Assembly: GCA_963727775.1 (NCBI GenBank)
Contig: CAVSHB010000001.1
Coordinates: forward strand, 448,001-512,000
Source of the DNA: an uncultured Nitrospiraceae bacterium
Lineage (GTDB): Bacteria; Nitrospirota; Thermodesulfovibrionia; Thermodesulfovibrionales; SM23-35
Direction: 5' to 3'
DNA: 64,000 nucleotides
The position numbers and the translations under genes were made by a program. The notes under the pieces were generated by a model that saw nothing but the letters and a program-made list of their open reading frames with translations, ran no database searches and was not told where the DNA came from. This document shows, piece after piece, positions 33,673 through 42,754 of this stretch. Positions within the stretch are counted from its first letter, which is position 1. Every line of letters starts with the position of its first letter.

Positions 33673-34591
33673 CACACGCAGTATTATCCAAAGTAAATGA
33701 AACACAAACCTAACTGTATCAAGCGCTTACAGCATTTACTTTGGATAATATATTACTTTTGATAAGGCGGAATAGTCTCGCCCCTCCTCGCCAATATCTA
33801 CCTCAATGTGCTCGATACGTTATGGAAGATCGAGAAAGTGCAGGAGAGATTTGGTGCACGGCTTGTGAGGTACGCTGACGATAGTATAGCATTATGCAAA
33901 GGCAGTACCGAGCAAATATTGAAGGGAATGAAGGCGGTTCTCAGTAACCTGGGGTTAGCCCTGAATGAAGAGAAGACAAGGGTTGTGAATGCACAGCACG
34001 AGAGCTTCAATTTCATGGGTTTTACCATAGTAATGAGAAGGGGCAAGAGAACCGGACGTGAATTTCCTCTCATCATGCCGTCTAAGAAGGCGCTGAAGCA
34101 CATCCGGTCAGAAATCAAACAATTGACCACTGAGCGGTATAGTGCAACCCCTACTGAAGATGTAATCCAGCGAGTTAACGAAATCGTTAGAGGATGGGTG
34201 GGCTATTTTTATTACGGCAACTGCACCACAGCGATGTCATCTCTGAGGAACTATCTGGTACGGAGGATACGGATATACCTGCACCGTAAGCATCATTATA
34301 ACGGTTATGGGTATAAGCGGTTTCCGGATGAGTACTACTACCAGACCTTGGGTTTATACAAGATCCCGAGAACTGCCCCATGGACTCAGTCTGTGAAAGC
34401 ACCTGGATGAAGATAATCGGTAAGCCGTGTGCGGGAAAACTGCATGCACGGAATTGACGAGGGGGAACTGGAGATAGAACCACTCCGGCTACTACGCCAG
34501 TTCTCTACTCTACTGGCTTTGAGAAAAACGGTATGCGTCTTACGGGGCAAAAGAAACACAGTATTCCAGAGACTCCCGTGAGGCAATGATC

Positions 34592-34650
34592 CTTCCTGAA
34601 ACATGCCTCCCTTAAACCTGATATAATTGTGATGAGTATAACCGCAAATC
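34592..34650 (+). repeat. Conserved inter-gene site, copy 4
   Basis: CTTCCTGAAACATGCCTCCCTTAAACCTGATATAATTGTGATGAGTATAACCGCAAAT. Confidence 0.85.
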
Positions 34651-34672
34651 ATCGGACAATAAGGAGGTAGAT

Positions 34673-34840
34673 ATGCCCGCTTATGAATATATCTGTAAAG
34701 ACTGTAATCGTGAGGTCACTGTCTTCCTGTCTATTAAAGAATTTGAAGCTAAACCAAAAATCAAATGCCCTCATTGTCAAAGTGATAATGTGCAGAAAAA
34801 AATCTCGGAGTTTACTGTAAAAACAAGTAAAAAATCATAG
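34673..34840 (+). CDS. FmdB-family zinc-ribbon protein (55 aa)
   Basis: RBS AAGGAGG; MPAYEYICKDC...CPHCQSDNVQKKIS; absent from the ORF track. Confidence 0.85.
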   Translation: MPAYEYICKDCNREVTVFLSIKEFEAKPKIKCPHCQSDNVQKKISEFTVKTSKKS

Positions 34841-34856
34841 TCTATGGAACTAATTT

Positions 34857-34915
34857 CTTCCTGAAACCCGCAACATTGAAACCTGATATAATTGTGCGTA
34901 GTGCAGGAGATAATA
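34857..34915 (+). repeat. Conserved inter-gene site, copy 5
   Basis: CTTCCTGAAACCCGCAACATTGAAACCTGATATAATTGTGCGTAGTGCAGG. Confidence 0.85.
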
Positions 34916-34975
34916 AATAATGATTAGACATGGAATCATATGCCTCATTGCAGTATTTCTTATTGGCTGTGCTAG

Positions 34976-36678
34976 GAGTCTGTCGGACTTTCAACATTTC
35001 TGAAAAGTTTACTTCTTGAAGGACACGGCAGTCTCTTAAGAACCTTTATTGCAAACTGGGCAGCAGAAATCTTTTCGGCCTGTAATTATCTAAGTCCGAC
35101 AGACCTGCATGGGCGTTCCTTATGGCATAATAGACAAGCGGCATAAGAATGAACAACAGGAGATCAGCATAATGTTCAAACAATGTGACAGAGAGACGAT
35201 ATATTTATTTCCGCCGTCGGTGCAGGAATGGTTGCCCGAGGGTCACTTGGCGAGATTTGTCGTAGAGATAGTGGATCAGCTTAATCTTGACCGGTTGAAA
35301 AATGATTATGCAGGACGAGGCAGTGAGGCATACAGCCCTGAGATGCTGGTGGCATTATTATTTTACGGATATGCGACGGGAGTCTTTTCGAGCAGGCAAT
35401 TAGAGCGTAGCACGTACGACTCTGTAGCATTCCGGTATGTGGCAGCCAACAGTCACCCTGACCATGACACAATAGCAACCTTTCGACGTCGGTTTTTGCC
35501 TAAGCTGAAAGAACTGTTTGTGCAGATACTAATGATAGCAGCAGAAACCGGGGTATTGAAGTTAGGCACGGTCAGCTTGGATGGGACCAAAATGAAAGCC
35601 AATGCCTCAAAGCACAAGGCGTTGAGCTACGGGCATGCATGCAAAATAGAGAATAAGTTGAAAGTGGAAGTGGCGGAACTGATGAAGAAAGCTGAGGCTG
35701 CTGACAAAGCTGACATTCCTGACGGCATGAACATCCCGGAAGAGCTGGAGCGGCGAGAGAAGCGGCTGAAAATGATAGCTGAAGCAAAAGCTGAGATAGA
35801 GCGCCGTGCGGCAGAGCGGCATGCAATGGAACAAGCCGACAGTGAAAAGAAACAGGCAGAGCGTGTAGCCAAACAAAAGCAGAGCGGCAAGAAACCCCGA
35901 GGCAAAGGACCCAAGCCGCCTGCAGCCGGGCCAACTGACAAAGATCAGGTCAATCTGACCGATGAAGAATCTCGCATAATGCCGGCATCGGGTGGAGGAT
36001 TCAAGCAGGCTTATAATGCTCAAGCAGCCGTGGATACAGAAACAATGCTTATTGTCGCAACGCATGTAACACAACAATCCAATGACAAACAGCAGATGAA
36101 ACCAGCGCTTGAAGCGCTTACATATCTGCCCGAACAACTTGGCAAAGTAAAAACTATAATAGCCGACAGCGGGTATTACAGCGAAGCAAATGTGCAAGAA
36201 TGTGAGAGCAAAGGAATAGAGCCATATATAGCAGTAGATCGGCAGAGTCATAATCAGCCTTTATGGGAGCGATTCGTCGAACCGCCTCCATTGCCGGTTG
36301 ATGCTGATGCAGTGACAAGAATGAAACATCGGTTGAAGACAGTTGCCGGTAAGGCAATTTATGCGATACGCAAGAGTACTGTGGAGCCGGCGTTTGGGGT
36401 AATCAAGGCAGCTATGGGATTTGACCGATTCCTGTTGCGTGGTTTTACTGCAGTCAATGGCGAGTGGGATATGATCTGCATTGCATGGAACATCAAAAGG
36501 CTGCATGCATTGAGGAACAGCCAGGTAGGCGCCTGAAAATGGCGATGGCATAATGTATCCAACAAAACACCGGCAGGAAAGAACCGATGACAGACGATCA
36601 AATCATGAAAAATAACTACAATCGACTCTCTCGGATTCCAACCGCTGTCAAAAACAGCAATTCAAGTCCGACAGACTC
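34976..36678 (+). mobile_element. IS1182-family insertion sequence
   Basis: 15-bp IRs GAGTCTGTCGGACTT / AAGTCCGACAGACTC; CTAG flanks. Confidence 0.9.
35109..36536 (+). CDS. IS1182-family transposase
   Basis: WLPEGHLARFV, SSRQLE, PDHDTIATFR, DGTKMKANAS, TDEESRIM, YNAQ, ADSGY, VEPAFG; start probably 35172. Confidence 0.9.
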   Translation: MGVPYGIIDKRHKNEQQEISIMFKQCDRETIYLFPPSVQEWLPEGHLARFVVEIVDQLNLDRLKNDYAGRGSEAYSPEMLVALLFYGYATGVFSSRQLERSTYDSVAFRYVAANSHPDHDTIATFRRRFLPKLKELFVQILMIAAETGVLKLGTVSLDGTKMKANASKHKALSYGHACKIENKLKVEVAELMKKAEAADKADIPDGMNIPEELERREKRLKMIAEAKAEIERRAAERHAMEQADSEKKQAERVAKQKQSGKKPRGKGPKPPAAGPTDKDQVNLTDEESRIMPASGGGFKQAYNAQAAVDTETMLIVATHVTQQSNDKQQMKPALEALTYLPEQLGKVKTIIADSGYYSEANVQECESKGIEPYIAVDRQSHNQPLWERFVEPPPLPVDADAVTRMKHRLKTVAGKAIYAIRKSTVEPAFGVIKAAMGFDRFLLRGFTAVNGEWDMICIAWNIKRLHALRNSQVGA

Positions 36679-36682
36679 CTAG

Positions 36683-36817
36683 GAGCCTGTCGGACTTTCA
36701 ATATTTTTTGAAAAGTCGACCTCCTGAGAAGCCCTTCGCTTAAAAAACTTTTTTAGGGCAAACTGGACACCCAAAATCATTCATTTTTGCCGAAAACACG
36801 CTAAGTCCGACAGACTC
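36683..36817 (+). mobile_element. 135-bp MITE with IS1182-type ends
   Basis: GAGCCTGTCGGACTT...AAGTCCGACAGACTC, CTAG on both sides, no ORF. Confidence 0.85.
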
Positions 36818-37561
36818 CTAGTATCGCAGAACGTCAAAACTATATAGTTTCAGAATATCTTTCGACCAATGCGGATATCGATTCGACTTTTCGGGAAGCT
36901 ATGAAGTCCGGCAAAGTTATTAGAGGAATGACTGCGGAAGAGGTATTTATTGCGAGCGGCGCAAAAGCAAGGAGATATGAAAATTACTCCTCGATTTGGG
37001 TTGTTCGCGAAGACGGCACGCTACACCTTCCACCGTTTTTCCTTAGACCCGGAACTCCGACCGCCTTAATTTTTAAGAACACTACGCAATATGATACGGC
37101 AGTACCTCAGCTTTTCGTAGTATACATGGATGCGGATGACAAGGTATTAAGAGTAGAGCGGGGGACTGCCAATTTGACACATATTAAGTGAATAGAGCCA
37201 TAGTTTCAAGCTCAGACAATAGACCTTTGTCCGTATGCCACATTGCTTCCTGTTATCCACATCTTTGATCCTGCTGTCAGAACTGTGTATTTCTTGTGTA
37301 AATCAACTTTTGTCAATGATCAGAAATCTATTAGCGCACTTATTTCCAAAAAGGAAACAATAGGATTTGCTATACTTAAATGTAGGGCGAATTTTAAATC
37401 CCTATATCAAATATAGGGCGCGTTAATAAGTTCTAATTCTTATAGCAGTCTGTGGTTTAGGACTGAGTAATTTGTTATTGAAGTGAAAGAGCTACGTCCA
37501 TGAGAGTGACAATATAAGGAAGGTATAGTACTCGTTAAAACAACTGTCAAAGGAGTGTAAC

Positions 37562-37842
37562 ATGAAACGTTTAGTAATATTATCAATTATGGTTTTAAGC
37601 ATTGTGTTTTCAACTACCGGGAAAAGTATCTTTGCTGATCAGCCGACAGAAAATACAAATGACACATCTTCGCTATCCGGTAAGGTAGTTGAAACAATGG
37701 ACAGTAGCGGATACACTTATGTGTGTCTTGAGAAGAGCGACAAAAAAATATGGTTAGCGGTCCCCAAAATGAAAGTAGTTGTAGGGCAGAATATGTCTTT
37801 CAAACCCGGTATTGAGATGGTAAATTTTGAGAGTACGACCCT
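37562..37842 (+). pseudogene. Exported protein (OB-fold-like) truncated by the IS481-like element
   Basis: Signal peptide, LSGKVVETMDSSGYTYV...WLAVP...NFESTTL, then element end. Confidence 0.65.
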
Positions 37843-37857
37843 TGTGCACGCCAAGAG

Positions 37858-38901
37858 TTAATGATACCGAAATGAGAAAAAATTGGGTAACACTTTTCCA
37901 TTAATCGTAATCGTAATAAAGCCTTTCATGTTCAGCCATGCCTCCACGGCGATGCGCCAAGCCGCCTGGGGCTGAACCCCTTCACTGCAAAGTATATCAC
38001 TCTGCAAGGTCGTTATCCAAACATAGGCATCCCTCCTTTCCCATTTGGAAAAAGCTCTTTTTCCGATGAAGTACACCCTGCAGGCGTTGTTACCGTTCAA
38101 GCACGGACGAGGTTGGTGATTAAGATCATGCTCAACCGTCGAGGCGTATGCCTCTATGTGTTCTCGTGGGCAAAAGGGCCTGTACGAGAGCTTAGCGGCA
38201 AGCCCATTTTTCAGCTCGGTTTGCGCCTCTTCGATCGCACCGTTATAAGGCGGATAATGGACCGGGCTATTCACCGGTAGGACAAAATAATCGGCAAGCA
38301 CGTCATTGACAGCTGCATGATTGAGGTTACCTCCATTGTCCCGTTTTAGGAACAGGGGTGCTCCAAACCGATTGAAGGTTGCCGCAAGATAGCCGGATAT
38401 CTCTTCGCCGCAGGGAACTTCTCCCGTCATGGGATTAAACTTATAGCGTGACGCGAGATCTTGCATCTGGTTCAGGTATACCTTTGCACCAGTTGCGTCA
38501 CGCTGTTCGTATTCGCAGGGGTCCATGGACCAGGCGACGTTCGGCACGTTCCAGCGGATGCGCCGCAGATTCTGACGATGGTAGGTATTGAGATCGTGCC
38601 GCGCCATTGCTACCATTGTATGCAGCTTCCGCCTTGATACGGTGGATCCGTAGCGAACATATAACGCCCCGGTTCCCTGCGTGCGATTGTGCCCGTGAGA
38701 TAACTGTGCTATATCCTGCTCAATCTTGCCAAAATCCGGTGGCTTGACCTTGGGAGGACCAGGTTGCCGCACCAAGGGCGTATCTTTTTTGCGCCGTATG
38801 CGCCACCGCATAAAACTCGGGTAGGGCAGTCTTACGGCATAGCAGATCGCTCTGTAGGGCATCCCGGTCCTCTCCCTGATCTGGTCAATCATGGCAAGCA
38901 T
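37858..38901 (-). CDS. DDE integrase-core (rve-like) protein
   Basis: AWSMD, QDLASRY, KRDNGGN, PPYNGAIE, NHQPRPCL. Confidence 0.8.
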   Translation of the reverse strand: MLAMIDQIRERTGMPYRAICYAVRLPYPSFMRWRIRRKKDTPLVRQPGPPKVKPPDFGKIEQDIAQLSHGHNRTQGTGALYVRYGSTVSRRKLHTMVAMARHDLNTYHRQNLRRIRWNVPNVAWSMDPCEYEQRDATGAKVYLNQMQDLASRYKFNPMTGEVPCGEEISGYLAATFNRFGAPLFLKRDNGGNLNHAAVNDVLADYFVLPVNSPVHYPPYNGAIEEAQTELKNGLAAKLSYRPFCPREHIEAYASTVEHDLNHQPRPCLNGNNACRVYFIGKRAFSKWERRDAYVWITTLQSDILCSEGVQPQAAWRIAVEAWLNMKGFITITINGKVLPNFFSFRYH

Positions 38902-38906
38902 ACGAG

Positions 38907-39293
38907 TTATCGTTTCTTCCTTTGCTTTCGTTTTTTTTCCTCCCGATTTGTCGGGACGCTTTTCTTATCACCGGCATTCTGCAACTCATACGCATGCAAC
39001 ATATCCCGCACTTCTACCGTCTTTTCAGCGACAAACAACTTCTTCCGGAGTTCGGTAACCTCCTCCTGTAAACGCTGCTTCTCCTCGTCCTGCGGCATGT
39101 TCGGTCTGCCGGCAGATTTGTTTTCCATGGCTTCTGTCATCGCCTGTAATGCCCGGCTTTCCCATTCGTAGTAGGTCTTGCGGGACACGCCCAGTCGGCG
39201 CGCACCCTCCTCGGCTGTTATCTGGCCGCTGCGCACGGCAAACACCACCGCTGCTCTTTGGCGGGCACGCTCCTTATCCTTTGAGTCGCTCAT
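38907..39293 (-). CDS. HTH plus coiled-coil protein (IS3 OrfA-like)
   Basis: TAEEGARRLGVSRKTYYEWE followed by a coiled coil. Confidence 0.75.
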   Translation of the reverse strand: MSDSKDKERARQRAAVVFAVRSGQITAEEGARRLGVSRKTYYEWESRALQAMTEAMENKSAGRPNMPQDEEKQRLQEEVTELRKKLFVAEKTVEVRDMLHAYELQNAGDKKSVPTNREEKKRKQRKKR

Positions 39294-39437
39294 AGCACAC
39301 TCCCTTTAACAACTAAAAATCTTCGGATTGAGAGAAAATCGCCTTCCTCAGAAGCCCTACAATCGATTTTCTCAACTCGGTCCATATTTAACCATCACCC
39401 GTTTTCTGCCTTGCCCCATTATTAGGATGTCTCTACG

Positions 39438-39866
39438 CTACGGTTTCTCAGTTTTCCGCAAGGCTTCGCCGGAGGGTTTTATCTCCTTCGACTGAGGCGT
39501 CTCCGCTTTCCTTGCTTCCTGTGCCTTTGATAGCGTCCTTTCCAGTCTGCCCTGCACTGTGCTCGTCAAGAGCGTCAGACGCTTCTTCTCCAGCAACGCC
39601 TGCAAGCGGGGAGAAAGCGCTGGCCCCCTGTCCAGGCTCACCCTCGGCTCCAGCGCCTGGAGCATCCCCTCCATCGCCCGCCTCTGCCAGTGCGCAAGCG
39701 CCATCCAGGGGATCGACAGCTCCCGGCATATCTCCGCCGGTCTGCGCCTCTCCGTCCATACAGACAGTACCGCCTTGCACTTTTCCATTGCCCCGTAGTT
39801 CATCGGCTGCCGCTTCTTCTCGCTCTTTATCTTCTCCGTCTTCTCCATTGTCATGTCCTTTCTCAT
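39438..39866 (-). CDS. HTH-like hypothetical protein overlapping the transposase tail
   Basis: KCKAVLSVW...AEICRELSIPW...WQRRAMEGMLQAL resembles the adjacent HTH ORF. Confidence 0.6.
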   Translation of the reverse strand: MRKDMTMEKTEKIKSEKKRQPMNYGAMEKCKAVLSVWTERRRPAEICRELSIPWMALAHWQRRAMEGMLQALEPRVSLDRGPALSPRLQALLEKKRLTLLTSTVQGRLERTLSKAQEARKAETPQSKEIKPSGEALRKTEKP

Positions 39867-41010
39867 TTAGATTGTAAACTACTTCCTGCGTAATGTCGTC
39901 GTTTTCGGCGTCAACCGACAACCTCAGCCTGCCCTTTTCCGCACGCAGCACCACCGACTGCCCCTCCATCCGGCCCACCATGTAAAACGGCAGGCGCGGC
40001 TTGCCCCTTAGCGCCATCTCAAGGAGGTTGTCCTGGATGCCCTGCTCGATGGTCTTTCTAAGCTCGCTCTGGATCTCAAAATACCGGTCTGCGGGACACA
40101 AGCCGCCGATACCCTGATGCGGCCTTTTATGGTTGTAATACTTCACCCACTGACGTATCCGCTCAACCGCATCTTCAAAGCTACCGAACTGGGCTCGGCT
40201 TAGGAACTCCAGAAAAATCGTCTTCCAGAATCGCTCTATCTTCCCTAATGTCATCGGGTGGTGAGGCTGCGATTTGATGTGGTGGATTTTGTCTTTCTTT
40301 AACTCCAGTTCGAAGCGGCTGTTGCCGCGCCAGCTCGTATACTGCCGCCCATTATCCGTAAGCATCTCTTTGGGCGGGTTGTACTCGGAGGCCGCCCGAC
40401 GGTATACCTCTATAACATTCTGCGCCGTTTGGCTGCGGAAAAGCTCAAGCCCCGTTATGTAGCGGGAATAATCGTCTATATAGCCGATCAGAAACGCATA
40501 GCGGCCCCCAAGTCGAAACGTAAAGATATCCGTCTGCCAAAGCTGGTTCGGTGTTGATCGCTCGAAAAACCGGGGACGGGTAATATTACGCTGCCGCTTC
40601 TTGGGTGGGGCCGTCATGAGGGATGATTCATGCAGTGTCTTACGGACCGTCTCAGGGCTGGCGGAAAGGAAAAACACTCTCTTTAATAGTTGCGAAATGC
40701 GCTTGATACCGAAAAGCGGGTTGCCTTCTTTGATTTCGACGATCTTCTCTTTCACTGGAGTGGGAAGGCTGCGTCCCTTACCGGTGTACCTCATCGATAG
40801 TCCGGCTTCGCCCTCACGACGATAGGCACGTACCCAGCGTCTTACCGAATTACTGCTCACTCCGCATTCCTGCCGGATCACCGGAACGGGAACGCTCTCC
40901 TCAACGTACTTCTTGACTATTTGAAGCTTGAAATCGGGCCCGTAACGATTGCTTCGCTTCGGAAACTTCCTCTTTGTACTGCTCTTTTGTACACCCTCTG
41001 CTGGTTCCAT
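39448..41010 (-). CDS. IS481/IS3-superfamily transposase
   Basis: N-terminal HTH; WQTD, DDYSRY, TDNGRQY, GKIERFWKT, YNHKRPHQGI. Confidence 0.88.
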   Translation of the reverse strand: MEPAEGVQKSSTKRKFPKRSNRYGPDFKLQIVKKYVEESVPVPVIRQECGVSSNSVRRWVRAYRREGEAGLSMRYTGKGRSLPTPVKEKIVEIKEGNPLFGIKRISQLLKRVFFLSASPETVRKTLHESSLMTAPPKKRQRNITRPRFFERSTPNQLWQTDIFTFRLGGRYAFLIGYIDDYSRYITGLELFRSQTAQNVIEVYRRAASEYNPPKEMLTDNGRQYTSWRGNSRFELELKKDKIHHIKSQPHHPMTLGKIERFWKTIFLEFLSRAQFGSFEDAVERIRQWVKYYNHKRPHQGIGGLCPADRYFEIQSELRKTIEQGIQDNLLEMALRGKPRLPFYMVGRMEGQSVVLRAEKGRLRLSVDAENDDITQEVVYNLNEKGHDNGEDGEDKEREEAAADELRGNGKVQGGTVCMDGEAQTGGDMPGAVDPLDGACALAEAGDGGDAPGAGAEGEPGQGASAFSPLAGVAGEEASDALDEHSAGQTGKDAIKGTGSKESGDASVEGDKTLRRSLAEN

Positions 41011-41095
41011 CTATGACACTCCTTTCGTTAACCTAAACTTGGAGTGTCACCCTATTTCCTCAAATCTTTGGTATCATTATCTGGTCGTTAGCACA

Positions 41096-41673
41096 GGATT
41101 TCGGAATTAGAAAAATCAGAGGCAGAGCGCAAAGGGGCAGAGAAAGCGCTACGCAAATCAGAAGAGCAATATCGGGCTGTCTTTGAAAATACCGGAACTG
41201 CAATAATAATTTTCGAAGAAGATTTTACTATTTCCAGGGTAAATAGAGAAGCTGAAAAACTATCTGGTTATTCCAAGGAAGAAATGGAACGCAAGAAGAA
41301 ATGGACAGACTTCATTGCTGAAGATGACCTTGAGCGGGTGAAAGAATATCACCATCTTAGAAATATAGAACCTCATATAACTCCGAAGAATTATGAGTTT
41401 CATCTCGTCGATAAACGTGGAAATATCAAGGATATCCTTTTAATGATTGATATAATTCCTGGTGTGAATAAAAGGGTAGCCTCCCTTATAGATATAACAG
41501 AATACAAGCATGCAGTGGAGGCTTTGCGTAAAAGGAAAGAAGAACTCAAGGAGAAGGTGAAAAAGCTTGAGATGTCTTATGAGATGGCGGTTCTTAAGGA
41601 ACGTCGCATGAAAAAGTTAGAAGAAGAAAATGAGAAATTAAAAGAAGAATTGGGAAGATATAAAAATCAATAA
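41096..41673 (+). pseudogene. 5'-truncated PAS-domain sensor protein
   Basis: Frame open from the element end: ISELEK...ALRKSEEQYRAVFENTG...VNREAEKLSGY...DITEYK. Confidence 0.7.
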
Positions 41674-42458
41674 AAAATTCCGTGCGCGCAATTTGTCTTT
41701 CATTGCACATTTTAACTGGAAAACAGCAATCCTCTGAATTTGATAGAACTGATGATTTGTAGGTGCTAGATCGCAAGACTACCTTTTCAGCTCTCTAAGG
41801 CTGTGCATACTTCAGGGCGAAACTTTATTTTCTGCGTGTGGTCACGTTGTTCATTAATTATCAAAAGTAACTAACACTGCAGGCTATCTCTCAGAGGAGT
41901 TGGACTGACGAGTGGCAGAAATTTCCGTTGCGATCGTGCCGTGCGTATTTTGAGACAAACTCATCGTGAATTGCCGCTCTGCATAAATGTAGAGTATCAG
42001 ATGGAAGAAACGTTCTCAAACTTTAAACTGGGACGGGAGTTACTGGATGAACACCACAGATTGAATAGGGCCCTGGTGCGAGGATTAGAAATGGTAATTA
42101 TTACTGTGGTGTAATGTCCACAGTGTCATGTTGTAGGTGGACTCCACACCGGCCGATGAAAATTCTGATCTTCTTTCTTCTTGCCTGCGCCGATAAATGT
42201 TTCTTCCAGTATTTCACGCGGGAAAAAGTGGGTCTCTGAATCCACTCGCCGAAAAATTGAATTCCAGACGCCGGGGGAATTCGTAAAGTTATGCGGCGGA
42301 CTCCGCAGTCATGCAAAAACGATGATGGTATCGACTTCCGTGAGAAGTATTGCCATTAGATACCTATATAAACGGCAGGTGCAAACAGGGCATTCAGGGA
42401 GTCCCAAGCGATTATTATCATCTTGTCGAAAAGTCAGCTATTTATGTAAAACTTAATT

Positions 42459-42600
42459 AATCTCCATACCCCGCCGTCTCTGCGGCGGGCACCTTACGTC
42501 GTCGGGGTGCAGGGCGTCGGAGCGAAGCGCAGACCCTTGCCGACCCGCGGGGTCTAATACCCCGTGGTGTCGTGCCGAGCAAAGCGAGGTTTAGTTTATT
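42459..42600 (+). mobile_element. 142-bp element, copy 5
   Basis: Identical repeat; preceded by TTAATT. Confidence 0.9.
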
Positions 42601-42630
42601 GTCTTCGTTTTTTGCCGGAGCTGTCAAAAA

Positions 42631-42730
42631 GTAAGAACTTAATTGTTTAAGTAAAGACTTAATTGTCTAAGTAAAGACTTAATTGTCTAAGTAAGAACTT
42701 AATTGTCTAAGTAAGAACTTCATTGTCCGC
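42631..42730. repeat. Five tandem 20-bp repeats GTAARRACTTAATTGTCTAA
   Basis: Directly visible with a 20-bp period and no spacers. Confidence 0.9.
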
Positions 42731-42754
42731 AGATAAGAAATATAAAGAAAGACG

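Larger units (their letters stand above)
30280..33770 (+). mobile_element. RIT element (recombinase in trio)
   Basis: Three adjacent tyrosine recombinase genes between ~91-bp inverted repeats (30301-30391 and 33681-33771); AAGGCGG at both junctions. Confidence 0.9.
29597..34410 (+). pseudogene. ltrA: Group II intron reverse transcriptase/maturase, split at the PQGG motif
   Basis: 5' half has GAPGIDG, RPLGIPT, SYGFRP, DISKYFD, GTPQGG; 3' half IVSPLLANIYLN...RYADD...FMGF; removing 30280-33770 restores the frame. Confidence 0.9.
29095..34513 (+). mobile_element. Group II intron (RT gene interrupted by RIT element)
   Basis: 3' domain V/VI AGCCGTGTGCGGGAAAACTGCATGCACGGAATTGACGAGGGGG...CTACTCTAC; structured 5' region; 5' boundary uncertain by about 10 bp (29086-29095). 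Confidence 0.88.
34920..37191 (+). pseudogene. Lipoprotein gene interrupted at CTAG by IS1182 plus MITE
   Basis: MIRHGIICLIAVFLIGCA (lipobox) joins in frame to SIAERQNY...MKSGKVIRGMT when 34976-36821 is removed. Confidence 0.8.
37843..41095 (-). mobile_element. 3.25-kb IS481-like compound element with two DDE integrase-core genes
   Basis: TGT...ACA termini with imperfect IRs sharing TAATGATACC; four co-oriented ORFs; no target duplication seen. Confidence 0.75.

Noticed and set aside
29597..34410. RT as the DGR reverse transcriptase
   Set aside because: It has group II intron features (GAPGIDG, PQGG, maturase tail) and is enclosed by intron RNA domains; no template repeat is nearby.
42631..42730. 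20-bp repeats as a CRISPR array
   Set aside because: Units are contiguous with no unique spacers, and there are no cas genes in the window.
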